DNA from: a bacterium
Lineage (GTDB): Bacteria; UBA8248
Direction: 5' to 3'
Length of the DNA: 64,000 nt
Assembly (NCBI GenBank): GCA_965261085.1
Contig: OZ253442.1
Location: forward strand, 1,728,001 to 1,792,000
Part shown: positions 28,034-44,026 of the stretch, one piece after another
Layout of the letters: every line of letters starts with the position of its first letter
How positions within the stretch are numbered: position 1 is the stretch's first letter
The notes under the pieces: generated by a model
The model's input: the letters and a program-made list of their open reading frames with translations, nothing else
Databases searched by the model: none
Told to the model about the DNA's origin: nothing
Program-made: the position numbers and the translations under genes

Positions 28034-31000
28034 CTACCAGCGCACGGAACCGAACAGGCCGATGCCGTGCGAGGCGTCGCCTCCCACGCGTTCGCGGCGG
28101 TCTCCTTCGAGCCTCAGGCTCACGCGATCGCCGACCCGCAGGCGTCCGCCCAGGCGGTAGGTCTGGCTTCCCCTGTCTGAGAGCGCAAGGCCGGCGTAGG
28201 GCTTGATGAGTGCGCCGCCGGGCGCGTCCATCCCGTAGCCCACTTCGGCTTCATAACGTGCGCCTTCACTCTGTACGCTCGAGGCCAGACTCGCCGTGGA
28301 GGCTTGCGACCAGAGACGCTCCGCCCCGCTCGCGGCGTCACCCCACGAGGAACCCACCCGCACCGAGAGGCCTCGTTTCCGGGTGCCCCAGGTGAAGTGA
28401 GCCGAACCCGACACGCCCATCTCGCTGAACCTGCTCTCCTCGTGCAGCAGCAAACCGCGCGCGTTCACGTCTATCACCATGTCCAGCGAGGGGTCGAAGA
28501 AACGGAAGCCGCCGCCCAGCTCGATGCCTCCTCCTTCTTCCGCGTCGCCTTTGTCGTAGCGTACGCCCATCACCAGCGAGGGCGTGATCGATGCGCCGTG
28601 TCCGAGCTTGTACTCTCGCGAACCCTCGAGAAGCAGCCGAAAGCGGTTCGTGTTCGTATCCACCGGGAGCAGTTTGTCGCGCACCTCATCCGCCTCTATC
28701 TCGACCACCATGACGTCGCCCTTCACCGCGAGGTCGTAGCCAATCTGGCGCGCCAACGGCAAGAGGGAACTACGGAAACCGAACGCCCCCATCCGCATCG
28801 AGATGTCGGTTTCGATCTTCTCGATACCTTCTTCTTTCTGCGCATACTCACCGTTCCCGAAACCGAACATGCCCCAGATAGTGAGGCGCTCGCTCACCGT
28901 GTAGCGGATGTAGGGATAAGCGCCCGTGAGCCTGGCCTCCACGTCGTTGCGCCGCCCGTCGATCGAGAAGTATCCCTCGCCCAGGGTGTGTGAGAGCGCG
29001 ACGCCCACCATGGTGCGGCCCCATTCGAAATCGCTCCCAATAGTGCCCGTGGTCACGTCGCCGTCGAAGGTGGAACTGTTCTCATCCCCAAAGAAGCTCG
29101 TCCGCGAGCCCCGGCCCCAGGCCGTCCAACTCGCGCCCAGGCCGTTTTCTGCGTTCTGCGCCGAGGCGAGATGGAACGAACTCGCCAGAAGAAGGTCGCT
29201 CATGGATATCTCGCGGTATTCCGCCGCGGAACCATCTCCGTAAGGCCGCCTAAGCCCAGGGTGCGGCTAGCGAGGCGGGAAGCGGAAGCGAAATCCGGGT
29301 CGTCCTGAGCGAGCGGAAGCGGAGAATCATCATCAAAGAAGTTCACGTCCTGTCCGGCGAGGGTCACCTTCGACTCCCGCCTCATGGAAGGCGATTTGAG
29401 GCGATTCTCGATCATCTCCACCGCCTGGCTCGCCACCGTGCGCCCGAAGCGCGTAAGCCAGTCGTTCGTCCCCTGGGCTCTGTTATCATCGACCTTCGGA
29501 GTGGAGTTGTTTAACTTCAAATTGTTGATGGGTCCGGCGGGAATTTCGGTCAAGTCGACGATGCGAGGGCTGCCGGGTGTGTAGCTGAGCGTTACTTCCT
29601 CCCCCGGCGCCACCGCCGATTCCAGTGTCAGCGTCACCTTCTTGCCTTTGACCTCGACCTTGGAGACCGTCCGATTCGCGCCATCCACCATCACCGTGAA
29701 AGAGCCCGTCGTCGGAACGGAAGCCTCATCCAGTGGCTCGTCGTAAGTCAAAGTTATCTGATCGTCCTGCAAACTCGTGTCCACCAGCACCGGCGCTTTT
29801 CCGATGTTCTCGACCGGCATGTTCGTGAAAGACGGGGCGTCGACCCCGGTTATGTGTTTGATCGGTTTTTTCCCGGTTGAATAGGAGAGCGTCACTTCCT
29901 CGCCGGGCATCGCCGGAGTTTCCAGAATCATCGTCACGCGCGAGCCGCTCACGTTGACCGATTCGACGTCACCCGTGCTCACCGTGAAATCACCGGGGGC
30001 AGGCACGGAACCCCTGTCCAGAAGCTCGTTGTAGGTGAGCACCAGCTTGTTTCCGTCTACGGTCGCGCTAATCGGCGTCGGGGGATCGGGTTGAGCGGGA
30101 GATTTCGTAACCCCGCCGCCGCCGCCACCGCCGCCACCGCCGCCACCGCCACCGGGATTGTTGTTGCCCGGGTTGGTGTTGGTGCCGGGGTTGGTGTCGG
30201 GGTTGTTGGTGGTGTCGGGGGTGGTGTCGGGGGTGGTGTCGGGGGTGGTGTCGGGGTTGGTGTTGGTGTCGGGGTTGGTGTTGGTGTCGGGGTTGGTGTT
30301 GGTGTCGGGGTTGGTGTTGGTGTCGGGGTTGGTGTTGGTGTCGGGGTTGGTGTTGGTGTCGGGGTTGGTGTTGGTGTCGGGGTTGGTGTTGGTGTTGGTG
30401 TCGGGGTTGGTGTTGGTGTCGGGGTTGGTGTTGGTGTCGGGGTTGGTGTTGGTGTCGGGGTTGGTGTTGGTGTCGGGGTTGGTGTTGGTGTCGGGGTTGG
30501 TGTTGGTGTCGGGGTTGGTGTTGGTGTCGGGGTTGGTGTTGGTGTCGGGATTGTTGTTGGTGTCGGGATTGTTGATAGAGTCGCTTACCGTTATCACGCC
30601 CACATTGTGTATCGGGCAATCTTTATCGGTATTGTTCTCCCACACCTCGTGCATGAATGTTATCGGCGTATTAATATCAAAATTCATTTCCGCCCTAATC
30701 GTGACCGTTCGCCATTGAGTCGGCTGATTTAGGTCCGAGTTGTCCGGGTCGAACTCCCAGCCGACCGACGGCACCCAGGTGATCATTGCGTCTTCGCGGT
30801 CGACGTTTGGCGGGTAGATTCCGTCTGACACCACCATGTTATTGACGTGTATCCTGACCCACCAGCCGTCAGTTATCGGCTGCTTCGTCAGTCTCAAGCG
30901 GTAGGTGAGGGTCCCTCTAACTCCGCTGTTCAACGTGTTCGTCAACACCTCCACTTCCACGGTTCCAGTGCTCGGGTCTTGGTTCACCCAAGTCGTACGT

Positions 31001-31116
31001 GGGGGTGATTGCGCCAGGGAGTTCGCGCCGTAGAATCCGTAGGCGGCGAGCAGGAACGAGAGCGTGAATGCGACGACAGTGCGGAAGCGCCTGCCCCGAT
31101 TCGAGCGGACGCTCAT
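28034..31116 (-). pseudogene. Autotransporter adhesin (signal peptide, VNTR stalk, two SwmB-like repeats, beta-barrel) split by a frameshift at about 29200-29266
   Basis: Passenger ORF ends shortly after WLTRFGRTVASQAV; the overlapping frame continues REISMSDLLLASSFHL into a barrel ending in terminal W. Confidence 0.8.
30112..30575. repeat. 18-bp VNTR (PDTNTN, about 17 copies) plus 12-bp PDTT units and a poly-Gly run
   Basis: Tandem GTGTCGGGGTTGGTGTTG units read directly. Confidence 0.97.
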
Positions 31117-31546
31117 GAGGCGAAGGCGGGGGACCGCTCCGCTCGTGATTCTCACCATCTGGTTTTTTGGCTTTCGCACTTTTTCAGTCCGTTTGCCCGG
31201 TTCACTCCCTCGTTGCGGTTTCACGGCGACAAGCCGATCCGCCGTGGGGAGTAGAACCACGATTGCCGGGCGGGCAGTTCGGTGCGTTGGTGCAACGGCC
31301 GGGTGCTCGGTGGTGCAGATATATACAGGACGGGCGAATGTACTACCTTGGGGGCAGTAAATGTCGCATAAATGCGCGTTGTATGCAACCCCTATAATGC
31401 GCGTTACTCCCCAAAACATCGTTGTGGGTAGATATCCCATTATATGGCGTAATCAGGTTCTCGAAGACACAAAATGTTGTGGTTTACGCTTGACATCTCT
31501 GTCGAAATGAGAGAAATTGCCTTGTGAGGAGCCACGAGGAATCCCC

Positions 31547-33451
31547 ATGAGCAAAGAATCTCGCATACGCATACTGTCGGAATCGCTTGCGAACCAGATC
31601 GCCGCGGGCGAGGTGGTGCAGCGCCCAGCCTCCCTCCTCAAGGAATTGGTGGAGAACAGCATCGACGCGGGCGCCGCGCGGGTGGAAATCGATTTGGAAT
31701 CTGGCGGCGCCGCGCGCGTGCAGGTGGTCGACGACGGACACGGCATGAGCGAAGACGACGCGCTGTTGTGCCTCGAGCGCCACGCGACGAGCAAGATAGC
31801 CACGGATTGGGACCTGGGCCGCGTCGCCACCCTGGGCTTCCGGGGAGAGGCGCTGCCGAGCATCGCCGCGGTCTCCAAGATGACCATCACCACCAGAAGA
31901 CCTGGGGACGCCCTGGGCACGGAAGTGCGCGTGGAGGGCGGCAAGCTCCTGCGCGTCACCGAGATGGGCGCCGCTCCCGGCACCAGGGTCGAGGCGCGCT
32001 CGTTGTTCTACAACGTGCCGGCGAGGCGCAAGTTCCTCAAGAGAAAAGAAACCGAACTCGCCCGCTGCTTAGAAGTAGCGAACCAGGCGGCCATGGCGAA
32101 CCCGGGCGTCTCGTTCGTTCTGCGCCACGGGCGGAGGACGCTGCTCGATCTCGACGTCTCCGGAGGGCTTCTCACCCGCGCGGCGGAACTTGTGGGCGAG
32201 GCGGCGGCCTCTCATCTGCTAAAGATCCCCCGCGCCTCGTCCGGGAACATGACGTTCAGCGGCTGGGCGGGCGCGCCGGGGCTCAACCGCTCCACGCGAG
32301 ACGCGCAGTATCTGTTCGTGAACGGACGCCCCATCCGAGACCGTCTTTTCGTCCACGCGGCGTATGCGGCCTACCGCAGCTTCATGCCGGTGAGGCGCCA
32401 GCCCGTCTTCATCCTCTTTCTGGACATGCCGCCCGAGGACGTGGACGTGAACGTCCACCCAGCCAAGCAAGAGGTGCGTTTTCGCTTCGCATCGGGCGTC
32501 TACGATCTCGTGCGCGATAGCGTCGCCGCCGTGCTGGGCGCGCGGCCGGAGGGAGTGCGGCGCGATTTCGCCCACCAGGGCGCAGGCCATGCAACGTCCG
32601 GCGGGCCGCATTCTCCACCGGGCAATCCTGCCGAGGAAGAACTGACTACCCCGCCTTCAGCACCCTCTTTACTGGGCGGAGGCGGATACTTTGGGGACTA
32701 TGGCGCCGCCGGGGATTACGGCGTCTCCGCGGAGGGGTCCGCGCCTGAGGTCGAAGGCGCCGGGTCGGCGGAACCCTCCCCGCCCGCGCCCGTGAGTCCG
32801 CCGCCAGAATCGACGGCGCCCTCGCCGCTCGAGCGCATGCTGGAACCGCCCCATCCGGCGGATCCCGTCGCTCTCTCCGAATGCCGCTATCTGGGGCAGT
32901 GGGAGGAGTGCTTTCTGCTCTTCGGCTCCCCGCAGGGGCTGGTGCTCGTCGATCAGCACGCTGCGCACGAGCGCGTGCTCTACAACCGCTTCCGCGACCA
33001 GTTCAGGGAGAGCCGCGTGGACAGCCAGGCGTGTCTCGTGCCCGAGGAGATTCGGCTCAGGCCCGAGGAGGCGCTCGGCCTCGAGGCGCACTTTGAGAAT
33101 CTGTCGCGCTCGGGGTTCGAACTCGAATGCGCGGGTCCCGGGGAATACCGGATTCGGGCCGTGCCCGCGCTTCTGGCGGATCGCGACCCCGCAGGCGCGG
33201 TGCGCCAGATCGTGGAGGGTCTGGCGGATCTCGAACAGCCCGTGAGCTTCGCGGATCTCATCGACGGCATCATCGCGAGGATGAGTTGTAAGGGCGCGGT
33301 GAAGGCGGCGCGGCCCATGCGCCCCGAGGAAGTGGCCTCCCTCGTCGAGGAACTCGAGAAAACGCCGGGCAGGTGGACCTGTCCGCATGGGCGGCCCGTC
33401 ATGCTCGTGATGGGCGCAGGCCTCGTGAGAAGGCGCTTTCTGCGAAGTTGA
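31547..33451 (+). CDS. mutL: DNA mismatch repair endonuclease MutL
   Basis: IAAGEVVQRP, GFRGEAL, DVNVHPAK, DQHAAHER, CPHGRP. Confidence 0.98.
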   Translation: MSKESRIRILSESLANQIAAGEVVQRPASLLKELVENSIDAGAARVEIDLESGGAARVQVVDDGHGMSEDDALLCLERHATSKIATDWDLGRVATLGFRGEALPSIAAVSKMTITTRRPGDALGTEVRVEGGKLLRVTEMGAAPGTRVEARSLFYNVPARRKFLKRKETELARCLEVANQAAMANPGVSFVLRHGRRTLLDLDVSGGLLTRAAELVGEAAASHLLKIPRASSGNMTFSGWAGAPGLNRSTRDAQYLFVNGRPIRDRLFVHAAYAAYRSFMPVRRQPVFILFLDMPPEDVDVNVHPAKQEVRFRFASGVYDLVRDSVAAVLGARPEGVRRDFAHQGAGHATSGGPHSPPGNPAEEELTTPPSAPSLLGGGGYFGDYGAAGDYGVSAEGSAPEVEGAGSAEPSPPAPVSPPPESTAPSPLERMLEPPHPADPVALSECRYLGQWEECFLLFGSPQGLVLVDQHAAHERVLYNRFRDQFRESRVDSQACLVPEEIRLRPEEALGLEAHFENLSRSGFELECAGPGEYRIRAVPALLADRDPAGAVRQIVEGLADLEQPVSFADLIDGIIARMSCKGAVKAARPMRPEEVASLVEELEKTPGRWTCPHGRPVMLVMGAGLVRRRFLRS

Positions 33452-33568
33452 GCCGATTTTTTGCGCCAGGCCGGTGACGCTCTTGACACCCGCGCCCAAG
33501 CGCAACAGAATGACGAGGCAAGAAAAGGAGGGCCATCGGGGAGGGTTTTCGATGCCGCATCCTTTTGA

Positions 33569-35248
<1,680 letters not shown>

Positions 35249-35473
35249 TTGATACAGCATAGTCCAGGCGATGCCCGTTGGCGTCGAGGAGGGCGTGAGC
35301 GCACGGATGAGCGCTTACCCATCGCCCGGAAAAACGAAAGCGTCGGGTTGTCCAAGGGATCATGGAGTCCCGATTCATCCGCCCCGGCGCAGGAAATGTT
35401 TACCGATGGCCCGGCTCGGGAGCGGGCCTGAGAGTGGAGGGGGGATAGGCGGTTCGTTCCGCTGCATCCGAAA

Positions 35474-37009
35474 ATGAAGATGCGCGATCAGATACTCATC
35501 CTGGATTTCGGCTCGCAGTATACGCAACTCATCGCCCGGCGCGTTCGGGAGTTGAACTTGTATTGCGAAATTCAACCATGCACCCGGGATTGGCGCGAGA
35601 TAACGGGCCCGCACACGAAAGGCGTCATCCTCTCTGGCGGGCCGAGCAGCGTGTACGAGAACGGCTCCCCCTCGGTCGACCCCGCGCTGTTCGAGAGCGA
35701 CTTCCCCATTCTGGGGATTTGCTACGGCATGCAGCTCATGACCCACCTTCTCGGCGGGAAGGTCGGCCCATACGCCAAAAGAGAATTCGGACGCGCGCAA
35801 GTGGTGGTTGAGGAGTCCGTCGGTATTTTTCTCGGTTTCCAGGGCGAGGAGACCGTTTGGATGAGTCATGGAGACACGATAGAGGCGCCGCCGCCGGGCT
35901 ACAGGTCGCTCGCGCGCTCGGAAGGCTCCCCTGTGGCGGCGATGATGTCCGACGATGGACGGCGCTACGGTATACAGTTTCACCCGGAGGTGGCGCACAC
36001 CCCGCGAGGCAAGGAGATTCTCCACAATTTCGTGCACAGGATTTGCGGATGCGCGGGCGATTGGACGATGCGCTCCTTCATCGAGGAGGCGGTCAAGCGC
36101 ATTAAGGAGCAGGTGGGGCCAAAGCGGGTGGTGTGCGGCCTCTCGGGAGGCGTGGATTCCTCCGTGACGGCGATGCTCGTCAAAGAGGCGATAGGCGAGC
36201 GGCTCACCTGTATCTTCGTGGACAACGGCCTGCTCAGAAAAAACGAGGCCGAGCAAGTGGTGGAGACTTTCGGCGACAGGCTCAACCTCGTGCACGTGGA
36301 CGCGAGCGGGGAATTCCTGAGCGCGTTGCGCGGCGTCACGCACCCCGAAGCCAAGAGAAAGAGAATCGGCGAGATATTCATCCGCGTGTTCGAGCGCGTG
36401 GCGAGGAAGCTGGGCGACGTGAAGTTCCTGGCCCAGGGGACGCTCTACCCCGACGTCATCGAGAGCGTCTCGTTCAAGGGGCCTTCAGCGACCATTAAGA
36501 GCCACCACAACGTGGGCGGGCTGCCGAAATGGATGCGGCTCGCGCTCATCGAGCCCCTGCGCGAGTTGTTCAAGGATGAGGTTCGCGAGGCGGGCGAGGA
36601 GTTGGGACTGCCGCGCGAGTTGCTCTGGCGGCATCCGTTCCCCGGACCGGGGCTCGCCGTGCGCGTTTTGGGCGAGGTGACGGAGAAGCGCGTGAAAACC
36701 TTACAAGAGGCGGACGCCATTTTCATCGAAACGCTCCGCAAGCACGATCACTACTACAAGGTCTGGCAGGCGTTCGCCGTCTTGCTGCCCGTGAACACCG
36801 TGGGCGTGATGGGTGATGCGAGAACCTATGAGAACGCCCTTGCGCTCCGGGCCGTCACCAGTCAGGACGGGATGACGGCGGACTGGGCCAGGCTTCCGCC
36901 GGAATTGCTGGCCGAGGCCTCATCGCGCATCATCAACGAGGTGCGCGGCGTGAACCGCGTGGTGTACGACGTCTCCTCCAAGCCGCCGGGCACGATCGAG
37001 TGGGAGTAG
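35474..37009 (+). CDS. guaA: GMP synthase (glutamine-hydrolysing)
   Basis: [32 protein letters not shown]. Confidence 0.99.
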   Translation: MKMRDQILILDFGSQYTQLIARRVRELNLYCEIQPCTRDWREITGPHTKGVILSGGPSSVYENGSPSVDPALFESDFPILGICYGMQLMTHLLGGKVGPYAKREFGRAQVVVEESVGIFLGFQGEETVWMSHGDTIEAPPPGYRSLARSEGSPVAAMMSDDGRRYGIQFHPEVAHTPRGKEILHNFVHRICGCAGDWTMRSFIEEAVKRIKEQVGPKRVVCGLSGGVDSSVTAMLVKEAIGERLTCIFVDNGLLRKNEAEQVVETFGDRLNLVHVDASGEFLSALRGVTHPEAKRKRIGEIFIRVFERVARKLGDVKFLAQGTLYPDVIESVSFKGPSATIKSHHNVGGLPKWMRLALIEPLRELFKDEVREAGEELGLPRELLWRHPFPGPGLAVRVLGEVTEKRVKTLQEADAIFIETLRKHDHYYKVWQAFAVLLPVNTVGVMGDARTYENALALRAVTSQDGMTADWARLPPELLAEASSRIINEVRGVNRVVYDVSSKPPGTIEWE

Positions 37010-37046
37010 GGCGGGGCCAGAAAATTTTGCAAACCAGGAAAATACT

Positions 37047-37520
37047 ATGTCGATAAGGATTATCGTTCTACTTGCCTTTATTTTGTTTCCACATTGGGCT
37101 TTTGCTCAAATAATCACCTCTTGCCAGAACCCTAAGGGTAAAGCTTTCTATCATTTTCAGGGGCTAGTTTCGAAAAAAAATAGTGGTTGGGTAGAAGATA
37201 AAATTACCGGTGGAATTACGATGTTACAAAAACTTGGTAGCGACAAATACGATATTCTACTGGATGACGTTAGAAAAAAGGTCCTTTCACTCACCAAAGA
37301 TGATGGGGGGTCAGTGAAACTTTTTCGAAAAGGGGCCAAAGATGCATCGTTTCTTTATTACTTTCCCGGTAGGGTGCTGGAAATCTATACGTTTTGGCAA
37401 GATTCAGATGGTAATTACAAGCTAGATATGATTTCGAGCAAAGGTGGGAGTTGGATCGTTCACAAAAGTTCAATTTTAGTTGCAGATTGCGCCCGGATAG
37501 ATTTTTCTTTGATAAAGTGA
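37047..37520 (+). CDS. Hypothetical exported protein (AT-rich islet cargo)
   Basis: Signal peptide ending AFA-Q; 157 aa; Cys near each end of the mature protein. Confidence 0.75.
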   Translation: MSIRIIVLLAFILFPHWAFAQIITSCQNPKGKAFYHFQGLVSKKNSGWVEDKITGGITMLQKLGSDKYDILLDDVRKKVLSLTKDDGGSVKLFRKGAKDASFLYYFPGRVLEIYTFWQDSDGNYKLDMISSKGGSWIVHKSSILVADCARIDFSLIK

Positions 37521-37578
37521 TTGAAAGACTAGTAGTCGGATTGCCTTCACGGATTCAAAGACAATAATTTGGTCATGG

Positions 37579-37591
37579 AATCAACATGTTA
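37579..37591 (+). promoter_or_regulatory. IHF-consensus site beside the right direct repeat
   Basis: AATCAACATGTTA matches WATCAANNNNTTR; near-match AAACAATGAGTTG at 37634-37646. Confidence 0.6.
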
Positions 37592-37717
37592 GAAGAATGA
37601 TCCTATCGAGTGGGAGTAGGATATATAATTCAAAAACAATGAGTTGCGTGAAATCATACCGTTTTTCTTTGTAATACCCGTCGCCGAGTCTGAAATTTTC
37701 CTGAAGGAGTCGAAAGA

Positions 37718-38038
37718 ATGTATCGCGTGTTAAAGACTTCGCTCGCTGTGGTTCCGCTCTTTTTCCTGGGTTGGCTTCTCACGGGAGCGAGCGCCCATGA
37801 GGCGAATCAGCCTCACTGGCATATTGCTCAGGCTCATCACGGCAAGAAGGGCCATGCGCATCTGTACCTGAACGGGAAGAAGGTGACGAGGTTGTACGCA
37901 ACTTCCCATTTCATGGATAAATTGCCTAAAGGGAATCTCGAGATAAGGGTCACGCTGAACACGAACATGCACGAAGACCTGAGCTACAAGGCAAAGCTCG
38001 TTCAGGACGTCGTGGTGTTCAAGGACTTCAACAACTAG
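37718..38038 (+). CDS. His-rich exported hypothetical protein
   Basis: AAGGAG RBS, signal peptide, GHAHLYLNGKK..EIRVTLN..H motif. Confidence 0.65.
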   Translation: MYRVLKTSLAVVPLFFLGWLLTGASAHEANQPHWHIAQAHHGKKGHAHLYLNGKKVTRLYATSHFMDKLPKGNLEIRVTLNTNMHEDLSYKAKLVQDVVVFKDFNN

Positions 38039-38056
38039 GGGCGGGGGGCTGAAACC

Positions 38057-38422
38057 TTGCTGATATGGACGCATTTTATTCTGGCCGTGCTGGCGATTGC
38101 GCTCGGCCTCGTCAATCTAGCGTCCGAGAAGGGAACGCGCAGGCACCGGTTTATCGGCTGGTGCTGGCTCGTCGTGATGACCTACGTCACGGTCTCATCC
38201 TTTTGGATACGTGAGCTCAACGACGGCGATTTCAGTTGGATTCACATTCTCACGGTCTGGACGATTTTCTGCATGGTGGTCGCGGTGGTCTCGATACGGC
38301 GGGGAAGGGTGCGCACGCACGCGGCGTTCATGACGGGCACGATGATAGGCGCCCTCATCGCGGGCGGGTTCGCCATGATGCCCGGCAGGTTCATCAGCGA
38401 GCTTTTCGGATACGGCGGGTAA
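38057..38422 (+). CDS. DUF2306 family membrane protein
   Basis: KGTRRHRFIG, SSFWI, FSWIH, PGR. Confidence 0.8.
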   Translation: MLIWTHFILAVLAIALGLVNLASEKGTRRHRFIGWCWLVVMTYVTVSSFWIRELNDGDFSWIHILTVWTIFCMVVAVVSIRRGRVRTHAAFMTGTMIGALIAGGFAMMPGRFISELFGYGG

Positions 38423-38586
38423 TTTGTCGCAGGCGCGAAGGCGCTCTCGCGTAGTTGGGAAGATGGCGCCGACAGGTTCTAAGCGTTAAACTGAGATGCC
38501 GCACCGGCTACACGGGCTACACAAAAAGCAGTATCCTAAAAGAGCATGCCAGTATTAAAATACCGCCCCCGGGGAGCAGACCAGAC

Positions 38587-42010
<3,424 letters not shown>

Positions 42011-42018
<8 letters not shown>

Positions 42019-42712
42019 ATCATCCATCAGGGCCGCCTTCCTGGGGCGGGTGGCATTCCATGAGGCCTGGGATTTGCAAAAGCGCTTGTGGACCGAGCGC
42101 GCCGAAGGCCGCTTGAAGCAGGATATTTTTCTCTTTCTGGAACACGAGCCGGTCATGACGCTGGGCAAAGGGGGGGCCGAGGAAAACGTGCTTCTCAGGC
42201 GCTCTCCCGTCGATGGCGCGGAGGTTCCCCTGGTTCGAATCAACCGGGGCGGCGAGGTGACTTTTCATGGCCCGGGCCAATTGATGCTTTATGCCATATG
42301 CGATCTTCGCGAATGGGAGCGTGACGTGCACCTCCACTGCAGGCGGCTGGAGGAGGTCTTTCGGCGCTATCTCGAAAGAAAAGGGCTCCGCGCCGAGAGA
42401 AGGCCTGGGAACCCGGGCCTTTGGGTGGGTGATGAGAAAATTCTCGCCCTGGGCGTGGGCGCGAGACGCTGGGTGACGATGCACGGGGTTTCGTTCAACG
42501 CATCGCCTGATTTGAGATATTTCGAGATGATGCACCCCTGCGGCGAGGTGGGCGGGCGCGTGACTTCCTTAGAAGAGCTCCTGGGGAATTCACCGCCACT
42601 CTTAGAACTCGCGCAAGATCTGATTCCCGTTTGCGCGGACGTTTTCGATGCGGACATCACGATGGAAACCGACCCGGCGCGGGTCTTAGGAGCTCTCCCC
42701 GGTGTTTCGTGA
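42011..42712 (+). CDS. lipB: Octanoyltransferase LipB
   Basis: LEHEPVMTLG, RGGEVTFHGPGQ, HGVSFN, PCG. Confidence 0.93.
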
Positions 42713-43526
42713 ACCGACAAATTCAAGAAGTCTAAAGTGGGCTTTCGTCGTGAGTCTGGCGGGCGCTTTTCTCCTGCTCGCCGAGGCGCAGGCGTTCGCG
42801 GCCTGGGACGTTGCCGGGTGGGGATTTACGCCCAAAATATGGGAACTCCTGAAGAAGGGGGGGTATACGATGATCCCCCTGGGGCTGTGCTCGGTCATTG
42901 CGCTCATGGTGACGCTCGAGCGCCTCATCTCTCTCAGGCGAAAGAAAGTCCTGCCCCATGCTCTGGTGAGCGCTTCTGAGAGATATTGGCAAAGCGGTGA
43001 TTTCGAGGGGGCCGCCGGTATTTGTGAGCGATTCGACTCACCCCTCGCGCGTGTGCTGAAAGCGGGGCTGTCGAGGCGGCGCCTGGGACTCGGCGAAATG
43101 GAGCGCGCGATGGTCGGCGCGGGCCGGCACGAATCGACCATCTTGTCTCGAAACCTGCGTGGTTTGGGCGTCATCGCGAATCTGGCGCCTATGCTGGGCC
43201 TGTTCGGTACCGTCGTCGGCATGATTCGCGCCTTCGACGTCATCAGCCGCGCAGGCACGGGAAATCCGAATCTGGTGGCGGAGGGGATATCCGAAGCGCT
43301 TCTGACCACGGCGGCGGGCCTTTTGATAGGCATTCCGGCCCTTGCGGCGTATCACTTTTTCCGTTCGCGCAGCGGTCGCCTCCTGTTCGAGATGGAATCT
43401 ATCGCTCTGGCGCTTTTGCAAAACCTGGCGGCGCAATCCGGAGAGCCAGGCGATGACCTGGAAGTTTCTTCCCAACACGAGGCGCAGGACCTGGAAAGCC
43501 TGAGTCCGCAGCACGAGGATATGTGA
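42702..43526 (+). CDS. exbB: MotA/TolQ/ExbB proton channel protein
   Basis: APMLGLFGTVVGMI, GISEALLTTAAGL. Confidence 0.88.
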   Translation: MFREPTNSRSLKWAFVVSLAGAFLLLAEAQAFAAWDVAGWGFTPKIWELLKKGGYTMIPLGLCSVIALMVTLERLISLRRKKVLPHALVSASERYWQSGDFEGAAGICERFDSPLARVLKAGLSRRRLGLGEMERAMVGAGRHESTILSRNLRGLGVIANLAPMLGLFGTVVGMIRAFDVISRAGTGNPNLVAEGISEALLTTAAGLLIGIPALAAYHFFRSRSGRLLFEMESIALALLQNLAAQSGEPGDDLEVSSQHEAQDLESLSPQHEDM

Positions 43527-43928
43527 GTGCGCTTTCAGGGTGACTCGGAGGAGGATTACAGCCTCCAGCTCACGTCGCTGATAGACGTCGTCTTTTTGCT
43601 CCTGATCTTTTTCATGGTCTCCACCTCTTTCGTGGATTTCACCCGCAGGCTCGACATCGAACTGCCCGAAGCGAAATCGAGCGCCGAGGTGGTGGAGAAA
43701 AAATCGTTTCTCATCGAAGTCGGTGTGAAGAAGCGAATTTCGCTGAACGGAAAAACGGTGCTGCTCGATGACCTCGAAAGCGAATTGAAGGCGGGCGTCG
43801 TGAGCGGAAAGTTCAAACCTTCCCTGACGGTCAAGGCGGATAAGCGCCTCGATTACGGCTATGTGATCAAAGTGATGGGCCTCATATCCGGGGCGGGCAT
43901 TCGGGACATCTCTCTGGCCACGAAATAG
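43527..43928 (+). CDS. exbD: ExbD/TolR family protein
   Basis: LIDVVFLLLIFFMV, KADK..YG.VIKVM. Confidence 0.9.
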   Translation: MRFQGDSEEDYSLQLTSLIDVVFLLLIFFMVSTSFVDFTRRLDIELPEAKSSAEVVEKKSFLIEVGVKKRISLNGKTVLLDDLESELKAGVVSGKFKPSLTVKADKRLDYGYVIKVMGLISGAGIRDISLATK

Positions 43929-44026
43929 CGTCGAAACGGTTTTCGGGCGCGGCGGGAAGGCTTTTGCGCCTCATTTTACCCTGGAGAATAGGCGTGAACC
44001 AAAGGCGGGCCGATTCCACCGTTTCC

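Larger units (their letters stand above)
36995..37620. mobile_element. Integrase-less islet at the guaA 3' end bounded by 16-bp direct repeats
   Basis: ATCGAGTGGGAGTAGG at 36995-37010 and 37605-37620; AT-rich interior. Confidence 0.8.

Noticed and set aside
30068-30732. Poly-VG, LVSG and QPRH ORFs
   Set aside because: Alternative frames of the 18-bp VNTR
35249-35473. Riboswitch or small ORF between guaB and guaA
   Set aside because: No purine-riboswitch consensus seen; short ORFs lack support
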